Origin: Phoronis australis
Lineage: Eukaryota > Animalia > Phoronida
Assembly: GCA_002633005.1 (NCBI GenBank)
Contig: NMRA01000025.1
Span: 193,757-257,756 of the forward strand
Length of the DNA: 64,000 bases
Direction: 5' to 3'
A program made the translations under genes and the position numbers. Below the pieces are notes generated by a model. It searched no databases, was not told where the DNA came from, and was given only the letters and a program-made list of their open reading frames with translations. Positions 1-11,287 of the stretch are shown here, piece by piece (the first letter of the stretch is position 1; each line of letters starts with the position of its first letter).

Positions 1-2488
1 ACACACCGTACACACATGTCAGAGTGACTGCACAGCAAGATAATTGTACAAGAAATACAATTGTGCAGTACACTTCAAGTGTTTGCGTCATGTAAACGGG
101 AATAGATAGAATGTGTCAAGACCTCGCTTTCATTCTGCGACACTTTATTGAATCGAAATCACTTGTGCCCTGACATACAGAAATCATCTACCACTGTTTC
201 TGCAACATATGTTAATGGTCATCCTGTCGCTTGCAAGCAATGCTTCTTCGAATGGGCAAACAAAGCAAGTTGATAGAAACAAATCTGAAATCTTTGCTGA
301 GCTAACATAAAAGTAAATCCAAAGTGAACAGTTATTTAATTAAGAGACAACTTAGTAAACTAAGAGATAACAAGACTAATTTGAAAACCATGTCATTCCT
401 GGCACCAACACAGGGTCTGACTGAGTGATTTTTGAGCGATGACAGGCAGACCAGTAGACCAAAACAAACCCAAACAAATCAACAATTATGACAAAATTAT
501 AATATTGTGGTAAAAATGCACAAGTTTTATGAAAATGCAGAAGAATTTGACCTATATATGACTTTACGTCCGAACCGAGGAACTTATTTTTGCGCTTGAA
601 TAATCTGAGTTGTTCACGTTTCATATAGAGTGGAGTATTCTTCTTTTTCTTCAATAACAAGATTTTTAATTGTCGCCTGTGAATTATTATTTTTGTTCTC
701 ATAAAGTGTTTAGCAATTAGAATTTTGACCTTTCCATTCAGGGAATTTTATTAGTGAAATGAAATTTTTCCCATAGCCAAATTGTTTTCATTTATAGAAA
801 GCTCTTCAGAAACTTCAGAGTTCTACTTTTTTCAGAGAAATGTAGCTTTTCAGATTTTAGGCGTGTTCCCTGCAACAGAATCTAAAATAAAAGAGTAGGA
901 AACAACCACATGACCATCTGGGATAGCCACTTTTAAGACCAGGGCTTGATTTGCTGCTATAAGAATCAAACAAAAGTGCGATTTTATAGCTGATCAAGAC
1001 TTAGTGAGAGAGGATATATTTCTTTGGGAATTTCCCACCAGTTCCTGTCATCAAAGCGTGGACTTCATTTTCCGTCACTTTTTTGCCATCATCTGATCCT
1101 CTTCTCTGTGTGTGATAAGATCTCCTTAAGTGGTGTTATGTTTTTTCGGTTTCGGGGGAGGGGCAAGACGTGGATTAACCTTTGACCTCAGTCCTGATTT
1201 TGATGAGTCTCACGAGGAGTCTGAATGTAACCTAGGGATAAAAGCACTAATTTTTGATTTTCTGTTGAAAAATTGTCAATTTCACGGGTTTTCCTGCAAC
1301 GGTTATTTTATCCATAGTGATACACGGGTCTGGTGCATGCGCCAATAAAATAAACACTTGAGTAAAACGCATTCCGTATTTCGTATGAAGGTCCACGGGC
1401 CTAAGCACACTCGAGGATGCTACTGATAAGTGTTAGACAATCTTCATCCCTAGCTTGGTCCCATTTTTAAAAAAGACTTGTCTTTGGTTCAGTTAAAGTC
1501 CTCTTGCTTTCTTTGTGGAAGAACTTTTCGCGGCTGACTCAATTTCGACCTGATGGAACATTTCGACAATGTATTTACTGAGTGACATATCATAGGTATA
1601 TGGTACATCAGTGTGAAATGACGAAGAAAAACTGAAAGAAATTGCTGGTACTTTCACTGCTTTGCTAAACAAATAACAATGCAACCGCATGGCAGAATTT
1701 TTATTTTGCACAAAAATAGTTGCCAAAATTGTGATTTTTGATTTTCCAAAGGATGATTATCTTGATTCGAATTATGCAATCTTTACCAAATGTTGTATCA
1801 TGACACCTACAAAGTAAACACCAAGCTAATAGAATACCTAACATTTTGAATTCTATATTTTTGAGGACAAATTTGTCAAAATAAAATTTAACTTGTCTGC
1901 CATAGTGTTTGACACTAGGTGCAAAACCACCATGTGCACAGAGGGCGAAGATCAAAATTCACTTTTACAACAAGCATGCGAGTTGAAAGATCTGTGTTTA
2001 CAGGCATTCAGGAAAGAATACATATATACATTGAACATTGATTTCAATATCTAACAGCAGCTATACAGAAAATAGGTAACAGTTTTGAAAAAAATTACAA
2101 TCTCTTCTCATCAAACCTGACCAAAAAATTAAAAGCAAGATTCAATTAAATTCATACTTAGCTTCCTTCTGACTTTGAACATTGACATTTAAAATTTCGT
2201 GAAAATACAAGATTTTGATGAGATTTAATCAGTATTAGAAAACTACAGTAAGGCACATTTTTTCAAAAAATATTCTCTTATCTCAGAGTTCACTTAACAA
2301 TTAGAAAACTACTTGACTGAAAACAGTTCAATAACAAAAGTGTACCAGATGCCAAGTTTACACCAGAACAAGAGAGACAACATCAAAATGAAATATCACA
2401 TAAAAAAATAAAACAAGAAAAATAATTACAAAATAAATTAAATCTGATGATCCTGCCAAGACAACCAATCAAGCTAATTATCAACTTA

Positions 2489-3183
2489 TTAACTGACAGT
2501 ATGTTCATGATCAGAGATTCTAAATTCACAAGGTTGCTGCCTGGCATTAAAATCAAACGTAGGCACTTCCAAAGGTGGCAAATCAAGAGCATCTATATTG
2601 TCTAAATCTAACGTTAGATATTTTTCTACATCCACCGTCTCCTTAGCCAAATGACCATTCTTACACTGGTTACTCTCCTCAAACTCTTTAGCACTTAGCT
2701 TGTTTTTTAATTGCACATTTTCTCGTTTCAATTTGTCAAGTTCGTTGAGAAGCCCCACAACATGTTTACGGAGTTCCTTGTTGTGAATAGACAGTTCTTC
2801 GATAAGCAGCTTGTCGTCTTTGGGAACCTTCGAGCCGACTCTTTGGTCCTCTTGCTTCACTGGTCTATATTTACATTCCCCAGATAGATATGGTCCCTCC
2901 AGGAATTGCAGCAGTGAGCTAGTCTCAGACATGTCACTATGTACATTGTCTATTATACTGAAGTCATCAACAGACACATCACTTTTTCCACCACTGAAAC
3001 CATTGTGCGCCTGACAAGGTGATGAATGAGGCTGTTTACTATCAATCCTATTTTCCCTCCTCTGAAAATGCTGCTGTTTGTTTTGAATAAGTCCTTGTTG
3101 GCGTATGTGATCATTCCGCTGTAGCCGCAGTGATTCATGAGCTGAACTTGACAGTGAGAGGCTCATTGCTTGATCAAGTAGAT
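2489..3183 (-). CDS. NRBF2: NRBF2 (nuclear receptor-binding factor 2 / Atg38-like, PI3KC3-C1 subunit), last coding exon: end of MIT domain, linker, coiled coil
   Basis: Acceptor TGTTGTATTGCAG|AT, phase 1, joins exon 2 to give KAA-D-LLDQAMSLSLSSSAHESLRLQRNDHIRQ, which resembles human NRBF2 YLSEAMKL..QAHLSLELQRDSHMKQ. Also contains KVPKDDKLLIEELSIHNKELRKHVVGLLNELDKLKRENVQLK (NRBF2 coiled coil) and the C-terminal LPPLEVPTFDF motif. Stop at 2489-2491. Confidence 0.93.
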
Positions 3184-4716
3184 CTGCAATACAACACAGT
3201 ACCATAATTTAGCAGTAACCTTAGACAAAAGAATAATGAAAACTGCAATGGAAGACAGTATCAAAAACTTAAACCTGGATTTCACCCTCCTTCAGAGGAC
3301 TAAACAACAAAAATCAAATTAGGTCTTTTACTCTCATAAAAACGGTTGGCTTCGGCCAACGCCAAAATTGCCTGTTTGAAAATGGCACAGGTACGCATCA
3401 CCTGAGACTCAAGTTGATAACGAAAATGGAACCCTACCAGTATCACTATAGGGAGTGTTATGAGAACTATTATGAAAGTAAAAGGCCTAATTCAATTTTT
3501 GCTTTTAAGGCAGCTGAACAACCCTGGCAAAATGCAGCTTCAACATCAACCTTATACCAATGAAAGAAAAACCAAAATTCTTTTGCTAAGTGTTTTAATA
3601 GAGATAGTGATAGCATTATGTTGTAACACGTCAGAGCTCAATTTGCCGATCAGCAGCTCATCAGTGTGACCTCAGATTTTGGGTACCTAGCAAAAATCCC
3701 AAGTCACCACGAAGTTGCAAAGCTCATCTGAACTTGCGCTCAGCAAAATACAAATGGCAGTCGGAATCGTTTGTCAATAAGTGGAAGAGCCCGTATACTA
3801 CGAGTGCACAGACGAAATATAGATTTAGACTATAAGGTTTTAGAAACACAAAAACCTCTTGGCGATGATGTTATTACATGTGCACATTTAAGAAGATTGA
3901 GATTAACGTTAATTTATAGTTGTTGCATGTATTTACCTTCACCACAATTCATTGGTATTACTATCAACCAGCCAATGATAGTGTAAAACAATTTCTCAGT
4001 GTACTTCACTGGAGATGATTGTAGAGAATTGGCCCCATAAAATTAAAATTCCACTGGAACAAACCACCACCACCCTGTAAACAACTGATCATAAAAATTT
4101 CCATCTCAATTTTACTCCAGACAGAGGATGGTCATCTTGGCCATAAGACTTCCTGCCAATGGGTCCAGTCCTGTCTTTTGCAGACTCCTAAGCTAGCATT
4201 GCATGATCTCTAGTTACTAGGGTGGTGCTCTGGACCCAGTGGTGCCCTCTGAAGTCACTAAAAAGCTCCTAAATAGTTGGACCAGCCCTTCATATCAGTC
4301 TAGTCTGGACGACTTACAATTTAATTTTGGACAAAATCCAAATGGCATGGCATGATTTTTAATTTAAGTAGCACCTACAATAAAACACAATGTACATTTA
4401 ACTAATCGTAAAACTTGTAATAAAAAATCCAGGCATTTATTGATAAATTTCAGACGAACCTCAGGCCGGATGCCCAGCATTTGCTAGAGATTCGGTGTTT
4501 ATTAATGAGACCATAACTATGAAGGTAAAAATTGTCTATGACAATTGCCTGTTTAAAATTCACAAATCTATCAGCATCTTAATAAGCATTTAAGAGCTGG
4601 CTTATAGGACACCCGACATTAATTAATTTAATGATATCTAATCACTCACATTCAGCAGGCTATAGCATATCGCGTATATTACAAGTTTTATACTGGAGCA
4701 AAAGAAAAGGGTTTAC

Positions 4717-4801
4717 CTGCAGCTTTCTGATGACATTCAATGGCTTCATCATATTTTGAAAGACTCAAGAATTTCTCAGCTTTTCTTGACAGCAAATGGG
4801 C
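4717..4801 (-). CDS. NRBF2: NRBF2 coding exon 2 (85 nt, MIT domain)
   Basis: Not in the ORF track. TCCTTACAG|GCC CAT...GCA G|GTAAAC translates to AHLLSRKAEKFLSLSKYDEAIECHQKAA, matching human AHQQSRRADRLLAAGKYEEAISCHKKAA. Phases 0/1 fit both neighbouring exons. Confidence 0.93.
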
Positions 4802-5595
4802 CTGTAAGGAGTTCGAATGCATTGTAATACCAACTGTAAATACCACAATTTCTTTACCTCAGCAAACAATCATCACTATCCAAGTACATAATGATTAGTC
4901 ACGTACAGGGGTCCATCATTTTGGGAACCAGGTTCTCAATATGCGGGACATTCATAAATGACTACAACCCAACAATGAAACTGCTTTTAACTATCCATGT
5001 GTGGGGTAGAGATCAGCTTGATGAGGTATAACTTGCATGAATACACACGGATAAAAAATGGATTAAAAAATTTGACACAAAATTAGTGTCATTAAAACTA
5101 CACTCTTACTTGAGTACACTACATCAGTTACCAGTGCTAAAAAATTGCCATTCTACCATTATTCTGCTGCTAAATTTGAGGAGCGATAAGATGTGTTGGC
5201 TTTCAGCTTCAGCGCCATGAAATACAGCGTCACCTATTGGAAATTTCTGTTTACACCAATTTTTCAATCAACTGTTCTTCTTCCACAAGGCTGCATACAA
5301 GTCGCAACAAATAATCAGAATTGGCTTCACTTCATTTTAAATTTTTACAACTTTAATACCAGCAAACCGAATTTCAGAGCACATTTTACTTCAGCGAAGC
5401 CATCATCATCTCCTGAATGATGTTACAAAAAAATTAGCAAATGGCGCATGAGCATCTCAAGAGCGTACTGTTTACAAGTCAACGAAAAGCTTTTCTTTAT
5501 TACGAAAAGCAGAGAATTATGCAAGAAAATGACATGTAATGGGCAAGGTGAGAATTTATTGGATCCCAGATTTTGCTAGGTGACGGCACACACAC

Positions 5596-6172
5596 CCTAA
5601 TGTAGCCTGTATGCCAGAAGCTTTTCGGAAAATTATGCCTCAAAGTGACAAAATCATTAAATTCACATTGCTATAAGTACATTTTGAGCATAGAGAAATG
5701 CCTTGGGAGGCTGTTGATGTCTTTAATCCTTTCCAAGTCGAGCAAATGCTTCCATAATAAACATTTCTTTCCAAATAGTCCTTCATTCAGTTACCAAAAT
5801 CAGGAACTCGTTTCTGGGAACTGCCCCATTTCTGAAAACTTGCCCATTTTTGTTTTGACTGCATCAGCATGTAAATTTTTAAATCACATCAAAGTCAACA
5901 TCCCTGACATCGAAAGTAAGCCAATCATGAACGCACTACACTGGTGAGCTTCCAGAGTTTGCTAGAACATGAAAATTGGCTGCCAGAATCGCATCTCTCA
6001 TACCTGACGAACGAAGAAACATATTGGAAATAAATCTTGATTACTAAAGCATTTGTAAAAGTTGAAAAGAATTAAAGACATCAACGACCTCCCAAGTTGT
6101 CACTCTATGCTCAAAAGATACTTACATTGACTATTTTGGCAAAAAGCTTCCGGGGTATGGCGGCCCTAAGGG
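5596..6172. mobile_element. Degenerate foldback/MITE copy (same family as 10226-11140)
   Basis: About 5596-5810 resembles the left arm of the 10226 element (gccagaagcttttcgg..ttatgcctc..catagag..ccttgggagg..gatgt..ttaat..ccaaaatc). About 6030-6172 resembles the right arm (gttgaaaagaattaaagacatcaacgacctcc..ctctatgctcaaaag..aaaagcttccgg). Ends and TSD are not resolved. Confidence 0.7.
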
Positions 6173-7126
6173 ATGTCTGCCCCAGTTCAGACGGTGGTAC
6201 TGTCTAAGATTTTGCGTATACCCCCGCCAGTCGTTAGCTCTACATATTCACTTAAGTTTCACGACAAGAAGACGGGCAGAACTACCTGGGAAGTGTGAAA
6301 TTTTGAGGTCTATTCACACAGTGCTTCCTAGTTGTATTCTGACGTCTTCATATAGCTAGCTGGCTGGCTAACAATGGGTATACAAGGTTGCATATGTCTG
6401 TGAGTGTGAACCAACTCACTCACTGGGGCAGGTACACAGATATGAGGGGACCTGTTAAGGTAGGATGTTTAACATGTGGCCAAGAAAACTGCACTTGCAA
6501 TAGGATAGGAGGATCAAAGTACGTCAAAAAGGACAAAGCTTATTGGCAGATAAGTTTGAACTTGTTGAGCCTTCCAGTTTTCACTATATTTTCACTCAAA
6601 CGTTATTGCCTGCTAGCAGCTCCTAGTGATGTCATGCAGTTGCCAAAATACACAGCCTCAGGGCCACCAACCAAAATATTAGTAAAGACTAGGTCTGCAA
6701 TTACATCGCCAAGTACAGTATGCCACAGGCATACACAGGTGATAATACACTCCTATAACAAGAGCAACGCGGAGCGTTGAAATGCGCCCACAACTGCACC
6801 GCATACGGTATCCTTCTAGGGTTGTTTATTGGTACCATAAAGTGGCCAGTAGAGGGCATACTTTGCAAAATGGAAAGGCATGGTCATTGTCTCCTCAATG
6901 GGCTAGGGGCAAAATGTGAGTAATCTTCATAATACAAGCACATCCTATACCTCAGTTGCTTAAAACACCACAGAAACATAGAATTAAAAACAAATTTACC
7001 AACATACGAGATTAGCACAGCATTAGAATGCCAGAAACAAATTTCTACTTGGAACTTTTCCTTCACAGTCACGAAGTAACACAAAGTATACACCTGAAGA
7101 CCTATGAAAATACAGAGGTCAATGTA

Positions 7127-8552
7127 AAATACTAAAATTGCCACTAGAGGCAAATACTAAAATTGCCACTAGAGGCATACCGGTAATCAGAATCATCCTA
7201 AAGTCGTCATCGTCCGTTGTCAACATCACATAAATACACTTGCTAAATTTAGTAAAGATCCTGCAAACGGTTTGGGAGATACAGCCATGGGCGCAAAAAA
7301 ACAAAACTGCCACTAGGAGGCGCCACAGTAGTCCAAATCGTCTGAAAATCATTGTCAGCTGTCTTCCTTATAGTAAGCACATACACGCCAATTTTCACAA
7401 TCATCCTTTGAGCGGTTTGGTTGATAGAGGGATGGACGCAAAAATACAGACTCGAAAACAGTAAAAATGGCCACTAGGTGGCGCAAACTACGTCGAATCC
7501 ATCTGAAAACAGTAGGATAGCGTCATCTCACTAATAGGTGCCTACATACCAAATTTCATGAAAATCCGTTCAATACTTTTGAAGATACAAAGGTAAGCGT
7601 AAAAAACTAAAATTGCCACTAGGGGGCACACCGGTAGTCGGATCCGACCAAAAGTCGTCATCTTCCGTTGTTAACATCATATAAATATACTTACACAATT
7701 TGTAAAGATCCTGCGAACGGTTTAGGAGATACAGCCATAGGCGCAAAAAAACAAAACTGCCACTAGGAGGCGCCACAGTAGTCGAAATCGTCGGAAAATC
7801 ATCGTCAACCATCCTCTACATAGTAAGCATATACATGCCAATTTTCACAATCATCCTTTGAGCGGTTTGGTTGATAGAGGGGTGGACGCACAAAAACAGA
7901 CTCGAAAACACTAAAAATGGCCACTAGGTGGCGCAAACTATGTCGAATCCATCTGAAAACGGGAGGATAGCGTCATCTCACTAATAGGTGCCTACATACC
8001 AAATTTCATGAAAATCCAATAAGGACTTGTGAAGATACAAAGGTAAGCGTAAAAAAATTAAAATTGCCACTAGGGGGCACACCGGTAGTCGGATCCGTCC
8101 AAAAGTCGTCATCTTCCGTTGTTAACATCATATAAATATACTTACACAATTTCGTAAAGATCCTGCGAACGGTTTAGGAGATACAGCCATAGGCGCAAAA
8201 AAAACAAAACTGCCACTAGGAGGCGCCACAGTAGTCGAAATCGTCGGAAAATCATCGTCAACCGTCCTCTACATAGTAAGCACATACATGCCAATTTTCA
8301 CAATCATCCTTTGAGCGGTTTGGTTGATAGAGGGGTGGAAGCACAAAAACAGACTCGAAAACAGTAAAAATGGCCACTAGGTGGCGCAAACTATGTCGAA
8401 TCCATCCGAAAACGGCAGGATAGCGTCATCTCACTACTAGGTGCCTACATACCAAATTTCATGAAAATCCGTTCAGGACTTTTGAAGATACAAAGGTAAG
8501 CGTAAAAAACTAAAATTGCCACTAGGGGGCACACCGGTAGTCGGATCCGTCC
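7127..8552. repeat. About 450-bp tandem repeat (just over 3 copies), each unit a trimer of diverged ~150-bp subunits
   Basis: AAAATTGCCACTAG..CCGGTA recurs with cores at 7166, 7616, 8067 and 8519 (period 450-452). Related GCCACTAG cores at 7310, 7471, 7760, 7921, 8213 and 8374 give sub-periods of 144-146/161/145-146. Confidence 0.95.
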
Positions 8553-8642
8553 GAAAGTTCGCACATGCCGTCCCATTCATGAATGGAACATATGTGCCAA
8601 ATTTCATGAACGTATGTCAAAGGGTTTTGGAGATAGAGCAGC

Positions 8643-8747
8643 GGACGCCGGACGCCGGACGCCGGACGCCGGACGCCGGACGCCGGACGGACGGACGGAC
8701 GGACGGACGGACGGACGGACGGACGGACGGACGGACGGACGGACGGA
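8643..8747. repeat. Compound microsatellite (GGACGCC)6(GGAC)15
   Basis: Read directly from the sequence. It accounts for the spurious ORFs at 8516-8803. Confidence 0.98.
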
Positions 8748-9412
8748 GATGACGGCATAATGCGTCCACATATAAATATGTGGGCGCATAAAAAGTTACT
8801 CATTACAAACTACAGCGAATAACATCAAATGAAACATGCATATATACACATCGAGTAATAACTAACATATTCCATGATCTTGGAGACAATTTAGTCACCA
8901 TACTTTAAACAAATCCATGAAAATATGACGCAGTTCACTTAAGGTTCCATCACTGGGTGCCATTTTGAGGAACTCATGCGCAAAATTACGCCTGTTCATC
9001 AACATCGCGTGTGGTGAAAAAGTTAACGGTGATCAAAAAAGTAAATTTGGAATTCTCCGTCATAGTCATCTTCCTGTAGACATGCTTCATCGAAGATATG
9101 TATAGAACCAGAAAAGATCGATGGAGAAAGTATGCGCATTTTAAGTGACAATTTTAAGTGTAACCTAAATGTATTTTTGACAAGGTAAAACCTCTTGTTC
9201 AGTGACCCAATTTGGCCTACCGACTGTTTAACATACATGTGACGAAATTATCACAGAGACCGATGAGAGTGTTGTATCCCCTGTCCAGCCAGTCGAGGCG
9301 GCTACGTGTTGCCTAGGTCTGAATATGGCTGAGTCGGTTAGTGTTAGTCACGTAACCAGTCTGTAGATAAGTGTCAGTGATCAACAGACCATCTGAACTA
9401 GTTTTAGAAAAG

Positions 9413-9728
9413 GAGACAGTGACCATCGTCTCTAGCTGGATCAGTAGAGATAGTGTAGCTCCTATTGGCGCTTCATACGCTGGGGGATATGACGTCATAC
9501 CACCTGCCGCGCAGTGTTAAAAATGGCCAGTTACCGATTTTGGGAACTAAGCAAAGCTTAGAAGGACTGCTCGATGAACAAGTTTGATAATGGAAGTATT
9601 TGTTGGAGGTGGAAGGAATTAAAAACATTGACGGCCTCCAAAGGTGTCACTCTATGCACATAAGGTATCTATAACAACATGACTTTGATTTTTTAATCAG
9701 TGTGAGGCATAATTTGCCGAAAGCTTCC
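9413..9728. mobile_element. Truncated, diverged foldback/MITE copy
   Basis: 9413-9485 (gacagtgaccatcgtctct...ctattggcgct..tacgc) resembles the left terminus of the 10226 element. 9520-9728 aligns with its right arm 10868-11070 (cgattttgggaact..ggactgctcga..aagtttgataatgg..ggaattaaa..gaggcataatt.gccgaaagcttcc). Confidence 0.75.
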
Positions 9729-10143
9729 ACCATCTCTATTGTCTTTTTCCTGTAATTTGTCCTATTAATTGGAATATTATAATTAGACAACCTTCTGGTA
9801 CAGATGCCACAGACAGCAAGACCTGCGGTAGGGGCAACATCGGAGTTAATGATCACCGACTTAGCTCTTATCACACTTGCAAAATATTTTCAGCTGATAG
9901 ACTTTGCGTCTGTGGCTGAGGGTGAGCCAATTTATGGTTTTTAACATTGAACAGAGGATATTCGATTGAACCTGGTCTCGTGATCCAAAGAGCAGCTTTC
10001 CTCTAGAGCGTCTAGGCTCTATACATTAATTCTCTACATGTCAGCAGCAATGCCTTTATGGATGGATATAAGGGTCCCAAACAGTAGAGGCGAATTCCAA
10101 GGTGGATTGAACCATCGTTTTATGCGCAAACTCCTTACATCGT
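9729..10143 (-). mobile_element. Decayed CR1/L2-like LINE ORF2 C-terminal fragment
   Basis: Minus-strand translations across frameshifts give KEFAHKTMVQSTLEFASTVWDPY, RKAALWI, FNRISSV, MLKTINWLTLSHRRKVYQLKIFCK and NYNIPINRTNYRK. These are collinear with the post-RT region of invertebrate CR1/L2-group elements (AYKTLVRPxLEYASxVWDP...QRRAARFV...SSVTxML..LxWxxLxxRR). Confidence 0.8.
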
Positions 10144-10225
10144 CCGACTAGGACCATGGCCGCCGGGGTTAGTCGGTTAGTGCTAGACACGTAACCGGTC
10201 TGTAAGTTAGTGTCAGTGATCAACA

Positions 10226-11140
10226 TAGGCAATGACCATCGCCTCTGTTGGCCCGAACCAGAGGCGATGCAGAGGCTATAGGCGCTCTGTACGCCGGAAG
10301 CTTTTCGGCGTATTATGCCTCGCACCGACTAAACTATCAAAGTCACGTTGTTATAAATACCTTTTGCGCATAGAGGAAGACCTTAGGAGGTTGTCGATGT
10401 GTTTAATTTCTTCCAGCTCGAACAAATACTCCCGTTATGAAACTTTTTCTTCGAGCAGTCCCTATTTCAGTTCCCAAAATCGTGAAATCAACATTTTCAT
10501 TTTTTTAACCAGGCCGAAGATCAGAAGTTGCGGACCTACCGGCGAACTTTGAAAGCTGAAGTTCCCGCCCTTCGCGTAGGTGCTGCCGGGAACCAGCCGT
10601 GCATTTGCCGTGTTGTTAAACATTAAAATGTCAAATATGTACACAAAGATCATTAAATGTCATATCAACAGCATTTATTTTTATCAAATACAAACAACAA
10701 TTCATTGAAATACAATCAGTTTCAAGTAACGCCAATTAAAGACAAGTATAAGTGGTGGCATTTTGACTGACAAGACCGCAATGGCTCAGCTTTGGCCTAT
10801 TTAAAGATTGAGGTCATGAAGTCACATCACCTAGCGAGTGCGGTAAATATTGGAGCGTGCGCAGTATAAAAATGGTGAGTTCACGATTTTGGGAACTGAA
10901 ATAGGGACTGCTCGAAGAAAAAGTTTGATAATGGGAGTATTTGTTTGAGTTGAAAGGAATTAAACACATCGACAACCTCCTCAGGTGTTCCTCTATGCGC
11001 AAAAGGTATTTATAACAATGTGACTCTGATGGTTTAGTCGGTGCGAGGCATAATTCGCCGAAAAGCTTCCGGCGTACAGAGCGCCTATAGCCTCTACATC
11101 GCCTCTGGTTCGGGCCAACAGAGGCGATGGTCATTGCCTA
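10226..11140. mobile_element. 915-bp non-autonomous foldback DNA transposon with ~270-bp TIRs and 9-bp TSD (Mutator/Foldback-like)
   Basis: TAGGCAATGACCATCGCCTCTG... (10226 to ~10499) is the reverse complement of ~10868-11140 (...CAGAGGCGATGGTCATTGCCTA). The flanking direct repeat TGATCAACA lies at 10217-10225 and 11141-11149. The mirror ORFs 10232+ and 11134- arise from the TIRs. Confidence 0.92.
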
Positions 11141-11266
11141 TGATCAACACTGAACAGACCAACTGAACTAGTTTTAGAAAAGATGGCTCAACTCTTCAAT
11201 TGCACATGCAACTGAGACTAATCTAAGATAACAACGCAAATTAGCAAACTGTTTATCATTACCCAC

Positions 11267-11287
11267 CGAATTCAAGGGCGAGTCCAT
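11267..11287 (-). CDS. NRBF2: NRBF2 coding exon 1 (MDSPLNS)
   Basis: GGCC ATG GAC TCG CCC TTG AAT TCG|GTGGGT, phase 0. Joined to exon 2 it gives MDSPLNSAHLLSRKAEK, matching human MEGPLNLAHQQSRRAD. Total CDS 21+85+695=801 nt. Confidence 0.88.

Larger units (their letters stand above)
6757..8794 (-). mobile_element. Non-autonomous Helentron-associated element (HINE/DINE-1-like) with internal satellite and microsatellite
   Basis: Perfect 11-bp subterminal inverted repeats ATGCGCCCACA (6782-6792) and TGTGGGCGCAT (8779-8789). Terminal stem-loop CAACGC-GGA-GCGTTG (6765-6779) next to AACAAGAG. Partial inverted repeat or hairpin at 8760-8789, A-run at 8790-8794, (GGAC)n microsatellite and a central tandem array. 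This is the order described for DINE-1/HINE elements. Confidence 0.85.

Noticed and set aside
1000-1560. Coding-looking minus-strand fragments (SGLRSKVNPRLAPPPKPKKH, RRGSDDGKKVTENEVHALMTGTGGKFPKKY, VEIESAAKSSSTKKARGL)
   Set aside because: They are interrupted by stops, give no consistent splice model and resemble no family I recognise.
7127-8552. CRISPR-like regular spacing of a short conserved motif
   Set aside because: The intervening sequences repeat with a 450-bp period rather than being unique spacers. The context is eukaryotic and there are no cas genes.
8516-8803. ORFs with PSVR / RTDG repeats
   Set aside because: These are translations of the GGAC microsatellite.
9023-9238. ORF MYVKQSVGQIGSLNK as NRBF2 exon 1
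   Set aside because: There is no phase-0 GT after the SLNK-like motif. 11267-11287 fits both sequence and phase better.
10232-11134. Two 106-aa ORFs with the same N-terminus on opposite strands
   Set aside because: They are a by-product of the terminal inverted repeats and have no transposase motifs.
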